Below, piece after piece: positions 12,006-23,199 of a stretch of 64,000 bases of DNA (the first letter of the stretch is position 1; each line of letters begins with the position of its first letter). Below the pieces are notes generated by a model. It saw nothing but the letters and a program-made list of their open reading frames with translations, made no database searches and had not been told where the DNA came from. Origin of the DNA: an uncultured Veillonella sp. (lineage in GTDB: Bacteria > Bacillota > Negativicutes > Veillonellales > Veillonellaceae); NCBI GenBank assembly GCA_900544365.1, contig UQVF01000002.1, positions 612 to 64,611 on the forward strand. The letters are read 5' to 3'. The position numbers and the translations under genes were made by a program.

Positions 12006-13049
12006 ATGAAACGGTTACGATTACTCATTCTATATATAGTGATAGTGGTAGGCATATTCAGTCTAGGACTCTGGCTTAATGATATGAAACAAGATCAAGC
12101 GGATCGACGTGTGATTTCTACAAGAGCAGAAATTACTGTTTATACAGATAGAGACCTTGAAGTCATGACAGCTCTGGGGCAGGTTTACGAAAGAGAAGCG
12201 CAGGTAAGAGTGCATGTTATTCCAATACCGCCGAACCAAATGGCTACACGCCTAGCATTGCCAGAGGCAGAGCAACAAGGAGATCTTGTGATTTCTACGA
12301 AAACAAATCTCGAGGAAGGGGTTGAGCATGGAGCGTTTCGTAGATTACCAGTTACCTTAACCCATATGGTAGATACAGTATTTCACGGACTGGATGAACA
12401 GTGGGTAGGGATATGGTATGATCCCTATGTCTTAGCCTTACATGATACCTTTTATGGTAGTCAGGGGAAATATGTAAATACTTGGTTTTCCTTAGCCTAC
12501 ACAGGGCCATGGCGCATAGCGGTGACCGACTTTGTAGCCGATGCCTCATCGATTACCTTATTAAATACTTTTGGTGCTATCTACGGCCCAGAGGGAGCTA
12601 TTTCCTACTTTGACAGTTTGCGGCCACGTATTGTGCAGTATGCAAAAGCTTTGCCATCTTCAGTACGCATGGCGGCTATCGGAGATGTACAGGTCAGTGT
12701 AGGACATTATTCAGATGCCAAATTGTATGAGGCTCATAAATATCCTTTGACCATTCTATATCCTAGGGAGGGCACTCCTTATGATATGATGGGCGTAGGG
12801 ATTTTGAAAGGTTCCAGTAATGTCGGTGAGAGTGAAGCGTTTGTGAGCTGGCTACTTTCAGAACGGGTACAATCCGTATTGAAAGAGGCAGATATGTATT
12901 ATTTGCCGACTATAGAAACGGTGGAGTCTCAGAAGGACCGTCAAGGTAATCACCTTGTATTATGGAATGCAGGGATTGTGAAAGAAGAGCAAGATAAAAT
13001 ATTACAAGAATGGATACGACAAGTGCGTTTTAGAAAGGATACACCATGA
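12006..13049 (+). CDS. ABC transporter extracellular solute-binding protein
   Basis: N-terminal membrane anchor; YPREGT and AFVSWLLS motifs of AfuA/PotD-like binding proteins. Confidence 0.7.
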   Translation: MKRLRLLILYIVIVVGIFSLGLWLNDMKQDQADRRVISTRAEITVYTDRDLEVMTALGQVYEREAQVRVHVIPIPPNQMATRLALPEAEQQGDLVISTKTNLEEGVEHGAFRRLPVTLTHMVDTVFHGLDEQWVGIWYDPYVLALHDTFYGSQGKYVNTWFSLAYTGPWRIAVTDFVADASSITLLNTFGAIYGPEGAISYFDSLRPRIVQYAKALPSSVRMAAIGDVQVSVGHYSDAKLYEAHKYPLTILYPREGTPYDMMGVGILKGSSNVGESEAFVSWLLSERVQSVLKEADMYYLPTIETVESQKDRQGNHLVLWNAGIVKEEQDKILQEWIRQVRFRKDTP

Positions 13050-14386
13050 GTAAGTTGTTAGGTTATATTAGTTTAGGTTGCGCCAAGAATTTGGTAGATA
13101 CAGAGGTGATGCTAGGAGTTTTACAGGATAATGGATATGAAATCACAGAAGAACTGGAAAAAGCAGAAATCATTATTATTAATACTTGCACATTTATCGA
13201 AAAAGCAAAAGAAGAATCCATCAATACCATATTAGAGGCTGGTCAGTATAAGCAATATGGTGATTGTAAAGGTCTTATTGTAGCAGGTTGTTTGAGTCAG
13301 CAATACCAAGAAGAATTGTTTACAGAAATTCCGGAGATTGATGCCCTCATTGGGACTGGATCTTGGAATCGTATTATGGAAGCCGTGGAGGCTATTCAAC
13401 AAGGTCAACGTATTTGTATTATGGATAGCATGACAAATATGTATGATGAAGGTATGCCACGGATGATGACCACACCGGACTACAGTGCATATGTAAAAAT
13501 TTCTGAAGGATGTAATAATGGTTGTACTTTCTGTATCATTCCGAAGGTACGTGGGGCCTATCGCAGTCGCTCTATAGAGTCCATTGAACGAGAAGTGCAG
13601 CAGCTAGCAGAAGTAGGTGTGAAAGAAGTGGTGTTGATTGCACAAGATACTACCTACTATGGGGCTGATTTGAACAATGGTACACCGTTGCTTTCAGAGT
13701 TGTTGAAACGATTGGCAAAAATTGAAGGCATCGAATGGATTCGTATGTTGTACTTATATCCAAAACACTTCTCTGATGAATTGTTAGAAACAATCATGAC
13801 GGAACCGAAGGTGTGCAAATATATCGACATGCCACTACAGCATATTAACAATACCGTGTTACACCGGATGAACCGTAAAGATACTCGGGAAAATATTGTA
13901 GCCTTGTTACATAAAATTCGTAATCGCAGCGAGCATATTACACTGCGCACATCCCTTATCGTAGGGTTCCCTGGGGAAACAGAAGAACAATTCCAAGAAT
14001 TGGCGGACTTTGTAAAAGATATCCGATTTGACCACATGGGGGTATTTACGTATTCCCAAGAGGATGGTACACCAGCAGGGATGATGGAAGAGCAGATACC
14101 AGAGGAAGTGAAAGAAGAACGATACCATACATTGATGGCCATTCAAGCACAAGTCTCAGAGGAGCATAATCGGGATTTGGAGGGAACGATTCATCAAGGT
14201 ATGATAGAATCTATCGATGAAGTAGAGCCAGGTAAGTTTTTGGCACGAGGTCGTCTACAAATGCAGGCTCCCGATGTGGATGGTAACATGTATGTAGAAG
14301 ATGTAACAGGACTGTCTGAAGGCGATATTGTGACGGTAAAAGTATCACAAGGGTTTGCCTATGACGTGGTAGTAGAAACTGTATAG
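13046..14386 (+). CDS. rimO: Ribosomal protein S12 methylthiotransferase
   Basis: SLGCAKNLVDTE, NTCTFIEKAKEES, KISEGCNNGCTFC, QAPDVDG. Confidence 0.93.
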   Translation: MSKLLGYISLGCAKNLVDTEVMLGVLQDNGYEITEELEKAEIIIINTCTFIEKAKEESINTILEAGQYKQYGDCKGLIVAGCLSQQYQEELFTEIPEIDALIGTGSWNRIMEAVEAIQQGQRICIMDSMTNMYDEGMPRMMTTPDYSAYVKISEGCNNGCTFCIIPKVRGAYRSRSIESIEREVQQLAEVGVKEVVLIAQDTTYYGADLNNGTPLLSELLKRLAKIEGIEWIRMLYLYPKHFSDELLETIMTEPKVCKYIDMPLQHINNTVLHRMNRKDTRENIVALLHKIRNRSEHITLRTSLIVGFPGETEEQFQELADFVKDIRFDHMGVFTYSQEDGTPAGMMEEQIPEEVKEERYHTLMAIQAQVSEEHNRDLEGTIHQGMIESIDEVEPGKFLARGRLQMQAPDVDGNMYVEDVTGLSEGDIVTVKVSQGFAYDVVVETV

Positions 14387-14398
14387 GATGGTGATAGC

Positions 14399-15634
14399 AT
14401 GATCGTAGAATTAATCTCTACAGGATCGGAATTATTGCTAGGACATATTGTCAATACAAATGTAAAATGGCTCAGTGAAGAATTGAACAATCGTGGCTAT
14501 TCTGTGTCATACCAAACAACGGTGGGTGATAATCCTGAACGTATGAAAGAAGTATTTCAGCGAGCAGGGAAACGAGCAGATATTGTAATCAGTTCTGGAG
14601 GCTTAGGAGCTACCCAAGGAGATATTACTCGAAAAGCTTTGGCAGATGCCTTGGGATTGCCTTTGGTATTTCACGAAGAAGCAGGTCGTGAGGTGGATTC
14701 TTTTTATGAGAAACAAGGACGGGTAAAACCTTACGAATCTGATCGAGATCGGTATTTACCAAAAGGGGCAAAGGTACTACATAATCCAGTAGGTGTGGCA
14801 CCAGCAGTGGTAGTGGAACAGGATAATAGAGTATATGTTTTATTACCAGGGCCTCCATCAGAATTACAAGGAACCTTTGTAGAAAGTGTCAGTCCCTTTT
14901 TGGAACAACGTTTTGGACAGCAAGGGATGATCTATTCTGAACGGTATGCTGTGTATGGATATCGTGAAATGCAATTAGAGACTCTATTGCAAGACTTGAT
15001 TCAGAACCAGCATAACCCAACGATAGCACTATTGATCAAACCAGGATACATTGAAATTCGTTTAACTGCAAAAGGGGCGTCAAAAGCAGACTGTCAGGAA
15101 AAACTAGGTCCATGGAGATCTATCCTCTTAGAACGATTGGAAGATATCCGTAGTTTAGATACATCGGTATTAGAAGACTTTCACAAGGTGGCTCTGGACG
15201 CAGGTATTACCATAGGAACTGCTGAGTCTTGTACAGGGGGCCTAGTAGGAAAAACATTGACTGACTTAGGTGGTAGCAGTGGCTATTATCAAGGTGGTAT
15301 TATCTCCTACGCGAATTCGGTGAAAGAACGAGTGTTAGGCGTATCATCAGATACATTGGCAACACATGGTGCGGTCAGTGAAGAAACAGCTACAGAAATG
15401 GTAGAAGGTGTATTTCGTGTATTGCGTACAGATTATGCTATTGCGACCACAGGGATAGCTGGTCCAGGCGGTGGTAGTCAGGAAAAACCAGTGGGCCTTG
15501 TGTATATTGGTATTGGCACGCCCCGAGGTATTACTGTACATAAAGAAATATTTATAGGGGATCGTACTAGTATCCGTAACAGTGTAGCGGAACGAGCGAT
15601 TCAATATATATATAAAGAATTAATAGAAAGGTAG
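14399..15634 (+). CDS. cinA: Competence/damage-inducible protein CinA
   Basis: [36 protein letters not shown]; directly upstream of recA. Confidence 0.93.
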   Translation: MIVELISTGSELLLGHIVNTNVKWLSEELNNRGYSVSYQTTVGDNPERMKEVFQRAGKRADIVISSGGLGATQGDITRKALADALGLPLVFHEEAGREVDSFYEKQGRVKPYESDRDRYLPKGAKVLHNPVGVAPAVVVEQDNRVYVLLPGPPSELQGTFVESVSPFLEQRFGQQGMIYSERYAVYGYREMQLETLLQDLIQNQHNPTIALLIKPGYIEIRLTAKGASKADCQEKLGPWRSILLERLEDIRSLDTSVLEDFHKVALDAGITIGTAESCTGGLVGKTLTDLGGSSGYYQGGIISYANSVKERVLGVSSDTLATHGAVSEETATEMVEGVFRVLRTDYAIATTGIAGPGGGSQEKPVGLVYIGIGTPRGITVHKEIFIGDRTSIRNSVAERAIQYIYKELIER

Positions 15635-15638
15635 AACA

Positions 15639-16748
15639 ATGGCAAAGGATAAAGCAAAAGAAGCAGCAATTGATATGAAAAGTGGATCTCAAGAAGATCG
15701 CATGAGAGCCTTAGAAGGGGCTTTAAAACAAATTGAAAAAGATTTCGGTCAAGGTGCGATTATGCGCATGGGCGAAGCAGCTGATAAAATGAATATTGAA
15801 GTCATTTCTACAGGTGTGTTGGCCCTAGACTTGGCGGTTGGTGTAGGGGGATTCCCACGTGGCCGTATTATTGAAATTTATGGCCCAGAGTCCTCTGGTA
15901 AAACTACAGTGGCTTTACATGCAGCAGCAGAAGCACAACGTAATGGTGGAGTTGTTGCTTTCATTGATGCAGAACATGCACTAGACCCTGTATATGCAAA
16001 AAAATTAGGTGTAGATATTAATAGTTTGTTGATTTCCCAACCAGATAATGGTGAACAAGGTTTGGAGATTACGGAGGCTTTGGTTCGCTCTGGTGCGGTA
16101 GACTTAATTGTGGTGGACTCCGTAGCTGCCTTAACGCCAAAAGTAGAGATTGATGGCGAAATGACAGATGCTCACGTAGGTGTGCATGCACGTTTGATGA
16201 GTAAAGCATTACGTAAATTAACAAGCTCTATCAGTAAAACTAGAACGGTTATTATTTTTATTAACCAATTGCGTGAAAAAGTGGGCATTATGTTTGGTAA
16301 TCCAGAAACCACAACAGGGGGCCGTGCCTTAAAATTCTACTCTACTATCCGTTTAGATGTGCGCAAAGGGGAAGCCTTAACATCTGCGAAAGAACATGTG
16401 GGTAACCGTACAAAAGTGAAAGTTGTGAAAAATAAAGTAGCACCTCCATTCAAAGTGGCAGAATTTGACTTGATGTTTGGGGAAGGTGTTTCCTATGAAG
16501 GTACATTGATTGATATCGGTGCAAATATTGAAGTCATCAAAAAATCTGGTGCGTGGTATTCCTATAATGGAGAACGTATGGGTCAAGGTAAAGAAGCGGC
16601 TAAAGTATTCTTGAAAGAAAATCCTCAAATTGCTCAAGAAATTGACTCTATCATTCGGGACACATTAGCAGCAGAGCCATTGAATGTGCTAGGTCATGAT
16701 GATGAAGTCGATGATGTAGCAACTACTGAAACAGTGGATATGGAATAA
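15639..16748 (+). CDS. recA: Recombinase RecA
   Basis: [41 protein letters not shown]. Confidence 0.98.
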   Translation: MAKDKAKEAAIDMKSGSQEDRMRALEGALKQIEKDFGQGAIMRMGEAADKMNIEVISTGVLALDLAVGVGGFPRGRIIEIYGPESSGKTTVALHAAAEAQRNGGVVAFIDAEHALDPVYAKKLGVDINSLLISQPDNGEQGLEITEALVRSGAVDLIVVDSVAALTPKVEIDGEMTDAHVGVHARLMSKALRKLTSSISKTRTVIIFINQLREKVGIMFGNPETTTGGRALKFYSTIRLDVRKGEALTSAKEHVGNRTKVKVVKNKVAPPFKVAEFDLMFGEGVSYEGTLIDIGANIEVIKKSGAWYSYNGERMGQGKEAAKVFLKENPQIAQEIDSIIRDTLAAEPLNVLGHDDEVDDVATTETVDME

Positions 16749-17251
16749 TGGGATTGCATACACCGAAAGAGGCGGGATGGACATTCGCCTCAGTCATGGA
16801 ACAAGCTTTGAGGCTATTAGGACCACGGTCCTTAAGTACGTTAGAGCTGAGACGAAAACTGTCTCAACGTTCTGTGCCTAGTGAACTGATTCATGATGTA
16901 GAAGAAAAACTGTTGGAGCTCTCTTATTTAGATGATGAAGGTTTATCGGAAGAAGCTTTGCGTGCCTATATGGAGGCAGAAAAGTATAGTACCTATTACA
17001 TTCGTGAAAAAATGCGTGAACGAGGTCTTGCAGTATCTTATGTATTAGATGACTATGACGAATGGTCCGTAGCGGTAAAACTATTAGAACAACGATTTCA
17101 CATATCTGATGAAGAACGGTTAACCGGCATAGAAGAGGGAGAAGAAGATAAGTTTAGCAAGAAAAAAATAATTTACTTTCTGAAGAATCGTGGCTTTTCT
17201 GTGAGTACAATTCAATCTATTTGTTATGAATGGGGCCCCTATTTAGAGTAG
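16748..17251 (+). CDS. recX: Regulatory protein RecX
   Basis: Abuts recA; ALRLLGPR...ELRRKL, YLDD, FLKNRGF. Confidence 0.85.
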   Translation: MGLHTPKEAGWTFASVMEQALRLLGPRSLSTLELRRKLSQRSVPSELIHDVEEKLLELSYLDDEGLSEEALRAYMEAEKYSTYYIREKMRERGLAVSYVLDDYDEWSVAVKLLEQRFHISDEERLTGIEEGEEDKFSKKKIIYFLKNRGFSVSTIQSICYEWGPYLE

Positions 17252-17261
17252 GGGCTTTGTC

Positions 17262-17290
17262 TTGACATTCCACGGTGTATGAACTAAAAT
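17262..17290 (+). promoter_or_regulatory. Sigma-A promoter of rny
   Basis: TTGACA-17bp-TAAAAT. Confidence 0.7.
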
Positions 17291-17403
17291 TAAAATAGCC
17301 TTAATAATAAGCAAAATAAAATTTGAAAGCAAAATGGGCGAGAAACCGGGGGGAGCGGATGTATCGACTTCTCCTTTTTTTATGCAAGTGGGAGGTGAAC
17401 ACG

Positions 17404-18942
17404 ATTTTAGAATACAGCATTATTGCCGTAGTCATGGTATTAATTGGTCTTGGAGTAGGCTATTTATTGCGTCGCAATATTGCAGAAGGTAAGCTAAATA
17501 AAGCGGAAACAGAGGCTGCACGTATTGTTGCTGATGGCGAGCGCTTAGCAGAGTCTAAGAAGAAAGAGGCGTTACTGGAAGCAAAAGAAGAAATTCATAA
17601 ATTGCGTGCTGATGTAGATAAAGAAAATCGTGATAGACGTAACGAATTACAGCGTCTTGAACGACGGATTTTACAGAAAGAAGAGCAATTAGACAAAAAA
17701 CTAGACAGTATTGAGCGCAAAGAAGAGTCCTTACACCATAAGGAGCGAAACCTAGAAAAAGCGGAAGAAAAAATTGAAGCATTGCATCAACAACAAATGG
17801 AAGAGTTAGAGCGTATTTCTAGTTTAACATTCGATGAAGCAAAGCAAATTTTACTGACAAAAGTAGAACAAGAAATTCGTCACGATACTGCTGTGATGCT
17901 TAAAGATTTAGAGCAGCAAGCAAAAGAAGAGGCGGAAAAGAATGCTAGAGAGATTATCTCTATGGCTATTCAACGATGTGCAGCTGATCATGTGGCAGAG
18001 TCTACAGTGTCTGTTGTAACATTGCCGAACGATGAGATGAAAGGCCGTATCATTGGCCGTGAAGGACGTAATATTCGTGCTTTGGAAACGCTGACGGGTA
18101 TTGATTTAATTATTGATGATACACCAGAAGCAGTTATTTTATCCGGATTTGATCCAATTCGTCGTGAGGTAGCACGAATTGCCCTAGAAAAACTCATTGT
18201 AGATGGACGTATCCATCCAGCTCGCATTGAAGAAATGGTTGAAAAAGCACGCCGTGAGGTGGAGACAACTATAAAAGAAGCTGGTGAGCAAGCAACTTTT
18301 GAAGCTGATGTACATGGCTTACATCCAGAAGTGATTCGTATTTTAGGCAGACTAAAATATCGTACTAGTTATGGACAGAATGTGTTAAAACACTCTGTTG
18401 AAGTATCTCATTTAGCAGGAATGATGGCAGCGGAATTGGGCTGTGATGTAGTACTGGCTAAACGCGGTGGTTTATTACATGATTTGGGCAAAGCCTTAAC
18501 ACATGAAATTGAAGGATCTCACGTGGAAATCGGCGTAGATCTTGCTAAAAAATATCATGAAAGCGTATTGGTACAAAACTGTATTGGCGCGCATCATGGT
18601 GATGAAGAATTTAAATCTGTAGAGGCTGTATTGGTAGCGGCAGCAGATGCTATTTCTGCAGCACGACCAGGAGCTAGACGCGAAACTTTAGAAAATTATT
18701 TAAAACGATTATCTAAGTTGGAAGAAATCGCTGAATCTTTTGAAGGCGTTGAAAAATGCTTTGCTATCCAAGCAGGTCGAGAGATTCGCGTTATGGTAAA
18801 ACCAGATAAAGTAGATGATGTGGAAGCGAACTTGTTAGTGCGTGACATCATTAAACGAATCGAAAATGAATTAGAATATCCAGGACAAATTAAAGTTGTG
18901 GTTATTCGTGAAACACGAGTCGTAGATTACGCGAAAAAATAG
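17404..18942 (+). CDS. rny: Ribonuclease Y (start uncertain, possibly ATT at 17404)
   Basis: N-terminal TM, coiled coil, KH domain ([14 protein letters not shown]), HD domain (LLHDLGK). Confidence 0.95.
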   Translation: MLEYSIIAVVMVLIGLGVGYLLRRNIAEGKLNKAETEAARIVADGERLAESKKKEALLEAKEEIHKLRADVDKENRDRRNELQRLERRILQKEEQLDKKLDSIERKEESLHHKERNLEKAEEKIEALHQQQMEELERISSLTFDEAKQILLTKVEQEIRHDTAVMLKDLEQQAKEEAEKNAREIISMAIQRCAADHVAESTVSVVTLPNDEMKGRIIGREGRNIRALETLTGIDLIIDDTPEAVILSGFDPIRREVARIALEKLIVDGRIHPARIEEMVEKARREVETTIKEAGEQATFEADVHGLHPEVIRILGRLKYRTSYGQNVLKHSVEVSHLAGMMAAELGCDVVLAKRGGLLHDLGKALTHEIEGSHVEIGVDLAKKYHESVLVQNCIGAHHGDEEFKSVEAVLVAAADAISAARPGARRETLENYLKRLSKLEEIAESFEGVEKCFAIQAGREIRVMVKPDKVDDVEANLLVRDIIKRIENELEYPGQIKVVVIRETRVVDYAKK

Positions 18943-18954
18943 TCTACATAAGTG

Positions 18955-18992
18955 GTTGGAGCAGCCTTTGGCTGCTCTAACTTCTTTTTTTT
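18955..18992 (+). terminator. Intrinsic terminator after rny
   Basis: GTTGGAGCAGC/GCTGCTCTAAC stem followed by T-run. Confidence 0.8.
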
Positions 18993-19145
18993 CACACTAT
19001 ATATGTATTGCATATATAGTGTGAAGAAAAAGAAAGTAAATCGAAGTAGGAGTTTTTGTATTTATGTAGAATAGTATAATAGAGAACGTATACATATCTG
19101 TTATATTTTGAAAACACACCGTTGTACATAGCTTAGGAGAGTGAC

Positions 19146-20909
19146 ATGAGCAAGTTTTTCACTGATGACATAATTGAACAAGTCAAAAATGCAAATGATA
19201 TTGTATCTGTCATTTCTGAGCATATTCCACTGAAGAAGAAAGGGAAAAACTATTGGGGTTGTTGTCCATTTCATAATGAAAAGACACCTTCCTTTAGTGT
19301 GACCCCTGAAAAGGGATTTTTTTATTGCTTTGGCTGTCGAGAGTCAGGAAATGTCATTAGTTTCTTGATGAAATACGATAATTTAACTTTTCCTGAGGCC
19401 ATTGAGCGATTGGCCAGTCGTGCTAATATTGCTTTGCCAGAACGAACTGTATCATCTGCTGAGAGAAAACGTATGGCTCGTTTGGAATCAATGTATGAAG
19501 TGAATGAATTAGCTACGAATTTCTTTCACAATTGTTTGATAAAAACAGAGCTGGGGAAAGAGGGACTAGACTACTTATTAAAGCGTGGACTATCGATGGA
19601 AACTATTACAAAGTTTCGATTAGGGTTTGCTCCAGATGGATGGGATAAATTATATACTGCCTTTACAGGTCGAGGTGTAGATTTTAATGTGCTGTTGGAA
19701 TTGGGGCTGTGCCGTAAAAATGAGCAAGGCAAGATATACGACTATTTTAGAAAACGTGTAATGTTTCCCATCATGGATGGCAAGGGGCGTGTATTAGGAT
19801 TCGGTGGTCGTGTTCTTGATGACAGTAATCCGAAATATTTGAACTCTCCAGAAACAGAAATATTTAACAAAGGGCATCTATTATTTGCTTTTTATCAATC
19901 CTATCGCAGCATTCGTGAAAAGAAACAGGCTGTCCTCGTTGAGGGATATATGGATGTGTTGAGTTGTCATAATGCAGGCATTACGAATGTAGTGGCATCG
20001 CTGGGCACAGCGTATACGAAAGACCACGGTAGGCTATTGATGCGTCAGGCAGAGGAAGTTGTCCTTGCTTATGATATGGATGGTGCAGGTCGTACGGCAG
20101 CTAAGCGCGCTATCGAGTTATTGCAAAATACAGAATTTTCTGTTAAGGTAGTATCTATGCCTGATGGAAAGGATCCCGATGACTTTATTAAGAATCATGG
20201 GCCTCAAGCGTGGCAAGAATTGGTGGATACATCACCAAAAGATTTTGAGTTCTTATTGAATGAAAGTTTGAGCCGTCACGATACTAATTCAGTGGAAGGA
20301 AAGAGGGCTGTATTGGCCGATATATTTCCTTTCATTGGGGGTCATGAAAGCCAAGTGCGACGTGATGAATATTTAAAAGCCTTGGCATTGCCATTATGGT
20401 TAGATGTGAGTACTATTATTACTTATTTTAGACAGTTTCTTCGACAAGGAAATATAGAATTAAAACAGCAGGCTATGAACGTGCCTAAGGAGACTTTCAC
20501 AGACGAAGAAGAATTACTGTACTGGATAGGTAAGGATAATGACATATATAGTTTGGTAAGCCAGTATATAGGGGGAGAAGATTTTACACATCCCGTGTAT
20601 AGTGCCTATTATGAAAAGGTAGGTGAGCTAGTCATTGCTGGTGAAAGTTTGTCAGATGTTGTTTTAGAGGAATCTTTAGATCCTGAATCTTGGCATATGT
20701 TTGGCAAATGGTCGGTTTTGATTGACCGAGAAATGAATGAGGAATTATTGCATAGTTTAATTCGAAGTGTGCGATTAAAATCCCTTCGCAATCAATATAA
20801 GGAGCATAGTCGATTAGCAGACCAATTAAGTCGAGCTAATGATCCTAGATTTATAGAAGAGTTACGTATGTGTCAGGACTTACAAGAATTAATTAAACAG
20901 TGGTCTTGA
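19146..20909 (+). CDS. dnaG: DNA primase
   Basis: CPFHNEKTPSF zinc finger, PKYLNSPET, EGYMD, YDMDGAG, KDPDD. Confidence 0.97.
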   Translation: MSKFFTDDIIEQVKNANDIVSVISEHIPLKKKGKNYWGCCPFHNEKTPSFSVTPEKGFFYCFGCRESGNVISFLMKYDNLTFPEAIERLASRANIALPERTVSSAERKRMARLESMYEVNELATNFFHNCLIKTELGKEGLDYLLKRGLSMETITKFRLGFAPDGWDKLYTAFTGRGVDFNVLLELGLCRKNEQGKIYDYFRKRVMFPIMDGKGRVLGFGGRVLDDSNPKYLNSPETEIFNKGHLLFAFYQSYRSIREKKQAVLVEGYMDVLSCHNAGITNVVASLGTAYTKDHGRLLMRQAEEVVLAYDMDGAGRTAAKRAIELLQNTEFSVKVVSMPDGKDPDDFIKNHGPQAWQELVDTSPKDFEFLLNESLSRHDTNSVEGKRAVLADIFPFIGGHESQVRRDEYLKALALPLWLDVSTIITYFRQFLRQGNIELKQQAMNVPKETFTDEEELLYWIGKDNDIYSLVSQYIGGEDFTHPVYSAYYEKVGELVIAGESLSDVVLEESLDPESWHMFGKWSVLIDREMNEELLHSLIRSVRLKSLRNQYKEHSRLADQLSRANDPRFIEELRMCQDLQELIKQWS

Positions 20910-20930
20910 TGTAATGAAAGGAAGAGCACA

Positions 20931-22157
20931 GTGGCAAAGAAGAAAAAACAATCGCAAGTGCAAGAGATTATAGCGGTTTTATTAGAAGAAGCAAAACGAG
21001 ATGGTGTCATTACAGCAAAACAAATTTCCAATGCACTTTCAGAACAAATGGAAGTGACAGCAGAACAATTAGATAGTATGTATGCAGTATTTAATAATTT
21101 AAATATTGAAGTTATTCAAGATGATGACCATGATTCAGATAGTGAGTTAGCTATACATGATGAATTGTTAGATAAGGATCTTGAAGTCGAAGTGGACGTA
21201 GATGTGGAACATTTAAGTAGTGACATCGATATTACAGAGGAAGATGACGATGAGGAGAAAGAAATTAATCTAGATTTGTCTATTCCTGAAGGTATGAATA
21301 TTGATGATCCGGTGCGCATGTATTTAAAAGAGATTGGCCGTGTTCCATTGTTATCTGGTGATGAAGAGATTATTTTGGCACAACAAATTGAGGCAGGCAA
21401 TGCAGAAGGTGCTAGCTATAAAGAGGTACGTTTAGGAAATAGTGCAAAGCAAAAATTGATTGATGCCAATTTGCGTCTTGTAGTTAGTATTGCAAAACGT
21501 TATGTAGGTCGAGGTATGTTGTTCCTAGATTTGATTCAAGAAGGTAACTTAGGTCTTATCAAAGCGGTTGATAAATTCGACTATACTAAAGGGTATAAAT
21601 TCTCTACCTATGCTACATGGTGGATTCGCCAAGCTATTACAAGAGCCATTGCTGACCAAGCTAGAACGATTCGTATTCCTGTACATATGGTGGAAACGAT
21701 TAATAAATTGGTGCGTATTCAACGTCAATTGTTACAGGATTTGGGGCGGGAACCAAGCCCAGAAGAGATTGCAGCAGGCATGGGGATTACCGTAGAACGG
21801 GTACGTGAAATTCAAAAAATCTCCCAAGAACCAGTTTCTTTAGAAACTCCAATCGGGGAAGAAGAAGATTCACATTTGGGTGATTTCTTAGAGGATAAAG
21901 ATGCAGTAGCTCCAGATGATGCGGCTAGCTTTATCCTGTTGCGTGAGCAAATCGTAGAAGTGTTTAGTTGTTTAACAGATCGTGAGCAACAAGTCCTTGA
22001 ATTACGATTTGGCTTGAAGGATGGAAAACCTCGCACCTTGGAAGAAGTAGGTCAATTTTTTAATGTAACCCGTGAGCGGATACGTCAGATTGAAGGGAAA
22101 GCGTTAACAAAATTACGTAATCGAGGTAAACGAGATAAAATTAAAGACTTTTTATAA
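20931..22157 (+). CDS. rpoD: Primary RNA polymerase sigma factor RpoD/SigA
   Basis: [45 protein letters not shown]; follows dnaG. Confidence 0.97.
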   Translation: MAKKKKQSQVQEIIAVLLEEAKRDGVITAKQISNALSEQMEVTAEQLDSMYAVFNNLNIEVIQDDDHDSDSELAIHDELLDKDLEVEVDVDVEHLSSDIDITEEDDDEEKEINLDLSIPEGMNIDDPVRMYLKEIGRVPLLSGDEEIILAQQIEAGNAEGASYKEVRLGNSAKQKLIDANLRLVVSIAKRYVGRGMLFLDLIQEGNLGLIKAVDKFDYTKGYKFSTYATWWIRQAITRAIADQARTIRIPVHMVETINKLVRIQRQLLQDLGREPSPEEIAAGMGITVERVREIQKISQEPVSLETPIGEEEDSHLGDFLEDKDAVAPDDAASFILLREQIVEVFSCLTDREQQVLELRFGLKDGKPRTLEEVGQFFNVTRERIRQIEGKALTKLRNRGKRDKIKDFL

Positions 22158-22235
22158 TACTTGCTATTTCATAATTGTGTGGTATAATTTATGTATAAAT
22201 AATCATAAGTAGTGAATATATTGTGGGAGGTAATT

Positions 22236-23018
22236 ATGATTAGCATGAAAAAATTAGGTCTTATCCTATGTACGGCTGTTCTTAGTGTAGGTTTGATAGC
22301 TGGTTGTGGTAGCGATAAAAAAGAGGCGCCATTGACACAAACAGCAGGGGTATTGAAAGTTGGTTCTGAAACGACTTTTCCTCCATTTGAATTTGCAGAA
22401 GAAAATACGAATAAATACATTGGTTTCGATGTGGATTTAAGTGAAGAAGTAGCAAAACGATTGGGATTAAAATTAGAATTTGTCAGCATGGGATTCGATG
22501 CGTTGATTCCAGCTACACAATCTGGTAATATCGACATGATTGCAGCAGGTATCAATGCGACACCAGAACGTGAAAAAGCGTTGGCATTCTCTGAGCCATA
22601 CTTTAAAGAAGGTGGTTTCATCACTATTGTTCGTAAAGATAATACAGATATCAAAAAAATGGACGACCTTGCTAATAAACGTGTAGGTGTTCAAATCGGT
22701 ACAGTGCCTGTGGAAATGGCGAAAGCAATCCCAGGGACAGATGTAAAAGAAATGGATTCCAATAGTAACATTTTCATGGCATTACAAGCAGGTACAATTG
22801 ATGGCGCTATCATCGACCAAGCGGTGGCTATGTACTACTTGAAACAAGGCGCAGATAAAGATCTTAAATTGGTAGGAGAAGGCACAGATGCACCTCCATT
22901 CGTATTAGGATTCAATAAATCTAACACAGCATTACGTGACAAAGTTAACGAAGCTTTGAAAGCGATGCGTGAAGATGGAACATATCAAAAAATTTATGAT
23001 AAGTGGTTTGCAAAATAG
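22236..23018 (+). CDS. Amino-acid ABC transporter substrate-binding lipoprotein
   Basis: Lipobox LIAGC; FPPFEF, GFDVDL, DGTYQKIYDKWF. Confidence 0.9.
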   Translation: MISMKKLGLILCTAVLSVGLIAGCGSDKKEAPLTQTAGVLKVGSETTFPPFEFAEENTNKYIGFDVDLSEEVAKRLGLKLEFVSMGFDALIPATQSGNIDMIAAGINATPEREKALAFSEPYFKEGGFITIVRKDNTDIKKMDDLANKRVGVQIGTVPVEMAKAIPGTDVKEMDSNSNIFMALQAGTIDGAIIDQAVAMYYLKQGADKDLKLVGEGTDAPPFVLGFNKSNTALRDKVNEALKAMREDGTYQKIYDKWFAK

Positions 23019-23176
23019 TTCTGCTATGTAGCCTGTAGCGATTTTAACTAAATATTGCAAAGGGAAGAGCACGGTATACTCCTCACAAACGGTATTTCAT
23101 AATGTTTGTTCGGAGCACACCGTGCTCTTCTTGTATTTGTGTAATTTAGTTAATAAGGTCGCCACAAGGTTACTAC
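23018..23176. repeat. Long imperfect palindromic intergenic element; left arm recurs at 24301-24351
   Basis: GAAGAGCACGGT (23064-75)/ACCGTGCTCTTC (23119-30), TAACTAAAT/ATTTAGTTA and further nested arms. Confidence 0.75.
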
Positions 23177-23199
23177 GCATGACTGCGTTCCTCAGAGAG

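Noticed and set aside
18991..19025. NrdR box assignment for the palindrome upstream of dnaG
   Set aside because: Only half-site similarity to the consensus and no nrd gene nearby
786..22694. Many antisense and alternate-frame ORFs overlapping housekeeping genes
   Set aside because: Shadows of well-supported genes, with no recognisable motifs
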